Source: Amoebophrya sp. A120 (Eukaryota > Protista > Dinoflagellata). Taken from it: a stretch of 64,000 nt of DNA. Made by a program: the position numbers and the translations under genes. The DNA is taken from the NCBI GenBank assembly GCA_905178155.1, contig CAJINV010000007.1:4110265-4174264 (forward strand), written 5' to 3'. Numbering within the stretch: the stretch's first letter is position 1; every line of letters begins with the position of its first letter. The notes under the pieces were generated by a model. That model did not search any database, was not told the origin of the DNA, and saw only the letters and a list, made by a program, of their open reading frames with translations. Below are positions 62,419-64,000 of this stretch, in pieces.

Positions 62419-62877
62419 ATGGCAGCGCTAGGCTACTTGAAATTTCCGACCGATACAGTCAACTTTGTTGGCAAAAAACCGCCCGGTGCGGCTTTCGGAG
62501 GTGGTGGAGATTTGATCCCTGGCAGCATCATCCCTGGCAGCGTCGTTCCCGGCACCGTGGGAGGTCCGAAAGGTGGACGCTTTTCAACAGCAAAAGCAGG
62601 TCCAGCTCCTCCGAAGGCGCTCGCGACCGGTGTGGGTCTGCAGGGCATCAACTTGAAGGCCCGGCCGAAAAAACGCATTTTGAAGCGACCTGGGGACCCC
62701 CCGAGCCCGAAGAAGCGGATCAGTTGGCGCGACGGAGCGCAGTCGATGCGAATCGTCCCGGACAGGGTCCAAGATGGAATGCAGTTGCTCGGGGTCGAAG
62801 CCCAGGTCGCCGCGGTGGAAGAGAGAAAGAACAATGAAGCCGGGGGTGGAATGATAGACGGAGAGTATGACGAGTGA
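62419..62877 (+). CDS. G/P/K-rich hypothetical protein, or a terminal exon; start uncertain
   Basis: Open frame 62275-62877 with coding-like composition; KKRISW resembles an RVxF/W PP1-docking motif. Confidence 0.5.
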   Translation: MAALGYLKFPTDTVNFVGKKPPGAAFGGGGDLIPGSIIPGSVVPGTVGGPKGGRFSTAKAGPAPPKALATGVGLQGINLKARPKKRILKRPGDPPSPKKRISWRDGAQSMRIVPDRVQDGMQLLGVEAQVAAVEERKNNEAGGGMIDGEYDE

Positions 62878-63755
62878 AAATGATGATGTGATGAACTGTC
62901 GTTTCGTCCCTGAATTGGACTTGCATTTTTCGGCTTGTGCTCAACGCAGATTGATATTAACTATCTCGTCGACGTCATCGAAGATGGTGTGTCATTGAAG
63001 ATGAAAAAGGAAAAGCTGGATCTCGTTGTTCATCATGAAGCAGCGTCGGTGTTGTTTCACCTTTGACGTCGTTTAGTTTTGGCTCCGATGATGTACTCTT
63101 CATGTTCATGTCAAGCTCCTGAACAAAGTTGAGCAGAGCTACTGTAGATGATTCAGTCCGCGTGTCGATTATTTCCTAATTTTTAGGATAAAAGAACAAG
63201 GACAAGCACACCATTGTACTAGTACGTAGTTCGGTGACGGAGAGCGAGGCACCCAGTTGATTTCTCTCGGTTTTTTCCCCTCCATGACGTTGTCGATTCT
63301 GTTTTGCTCGGTTCGGCCAGCGTTGGTAGTTCATTGTCGGTTAGTTTTGCTGTGAAGAAATTCTATCTGCTTTATCTGTCGGTGCTGAAGTGAGCGACGT
63401 CTCCGGTTTTTTCGCAAGAAAATTTATTTTTTTCCGGCGTCAGGAACAAGATTGTGATTGACGCAGCGCATTCGGTTTTGTTTATTTGTGAATCTCTCTC
63501 ACATCGTGCAGTGCTGGTGCTTCTGATCTCCTCGCTTTTGTTCTTCCTTGTGCCAGTCTTGAATTTTACTCTTTGAATTTGCTCTGCGTAAGAACAGGTT
63601 CAGTTTTTCTGAGTTTCTTTTTCATCCCACTACAACATGCAATAGTACCCCGCAACAAAGACAAATTACCGCCCTGTAAAAATGCCTAATGGCTCTCCTG
63701 TACTAGGACAATACTTCCTCTAAGAGTCCCACGAGGAACAACGAACTCCAGCATC

Positions 63756-63889
63756 ATGGTCGACACCCTCCCCGACCTGATAGTCGAGGTTCCCGTGCAG
63801 GCGGCCTCGCTCCCGGAGGGCATCCTGGACGGCCGGTACAAGCATCTGAAGCAGAAGGTCAACCACAAAGATTGTTTTTTCTGTTCCGC
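63756..63889 (+). CDS. First exon of a gene running off the window (MVDTLPDLIVEVPV...)
   Basis: GC3-rich frame interrupted by an introner at 63890. Confidence 0.55.
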
Positions 63890-64000
63890 TATGGATTGCA
63901 AAAGTGTCTGGGTGTGGAAGAATGAAACTTGTGATGCTGCATTTGGAGTCCAAAAAAATCTGTATTGCATGAGCAGCAGAGGGAAGGCAATTTTCGCTAC
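63890..64000. mobile_element. Left end of a family C introner, truncated by the window edge
   Basis: TATGGATTGCAAAAGTGTCTGGGTGTGGAAG matches the left ends at 22564 and 60794. Confidence 0.85.

Noticed and set aside
63070-63090. Possible dinoflagellate spliced-leader relic (TTTTGGCTC)
   Set aside because: Only a 9-nt match to the 22-nt leader, expected by chance

Overview
Eukaryotic genomic DNA. About 14 protein-coding genes could be reconstructed, all on the + strand. They are interrupted by ordinary GT-AG introns and by more than 20 non-canonical, transposon-like introns (introner elements). This architecture strongly resembles the parasitic dinoflagellate Amoebophrya, where introners are already described; the organism call is an inference. 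The inserts fall into at least 5-6 unrelated terminal-inverted-repeat (TIR) families. Nearly all share one grammar: 5'-TAT...ATA-3' ends and a 5-bp target-site duplication (TSD), and most carry an internal GCATGACAAA/TTTGTCATGC motif. Removing them rebuilds long reading frames. That geometry allows an nT...An splice that leaves exactly one extra codon. Also present: larger nested elements with the same ends, a foldback element with an 8-bp TSD, and a 2-kb palindrome-array insert flanked by a 50-bp duplication of a splice acceptor. Recognisable proteins are a PEX11-like peroxin, a cyclic-nucleotide-binding ion channel, an EF-hand protein, a Cys-rich/HAD-like protein, a secreted helical-repeat protein and a tandem paralog pair. 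Exon boundaries were read by eye and need RNA-seq confirmation.
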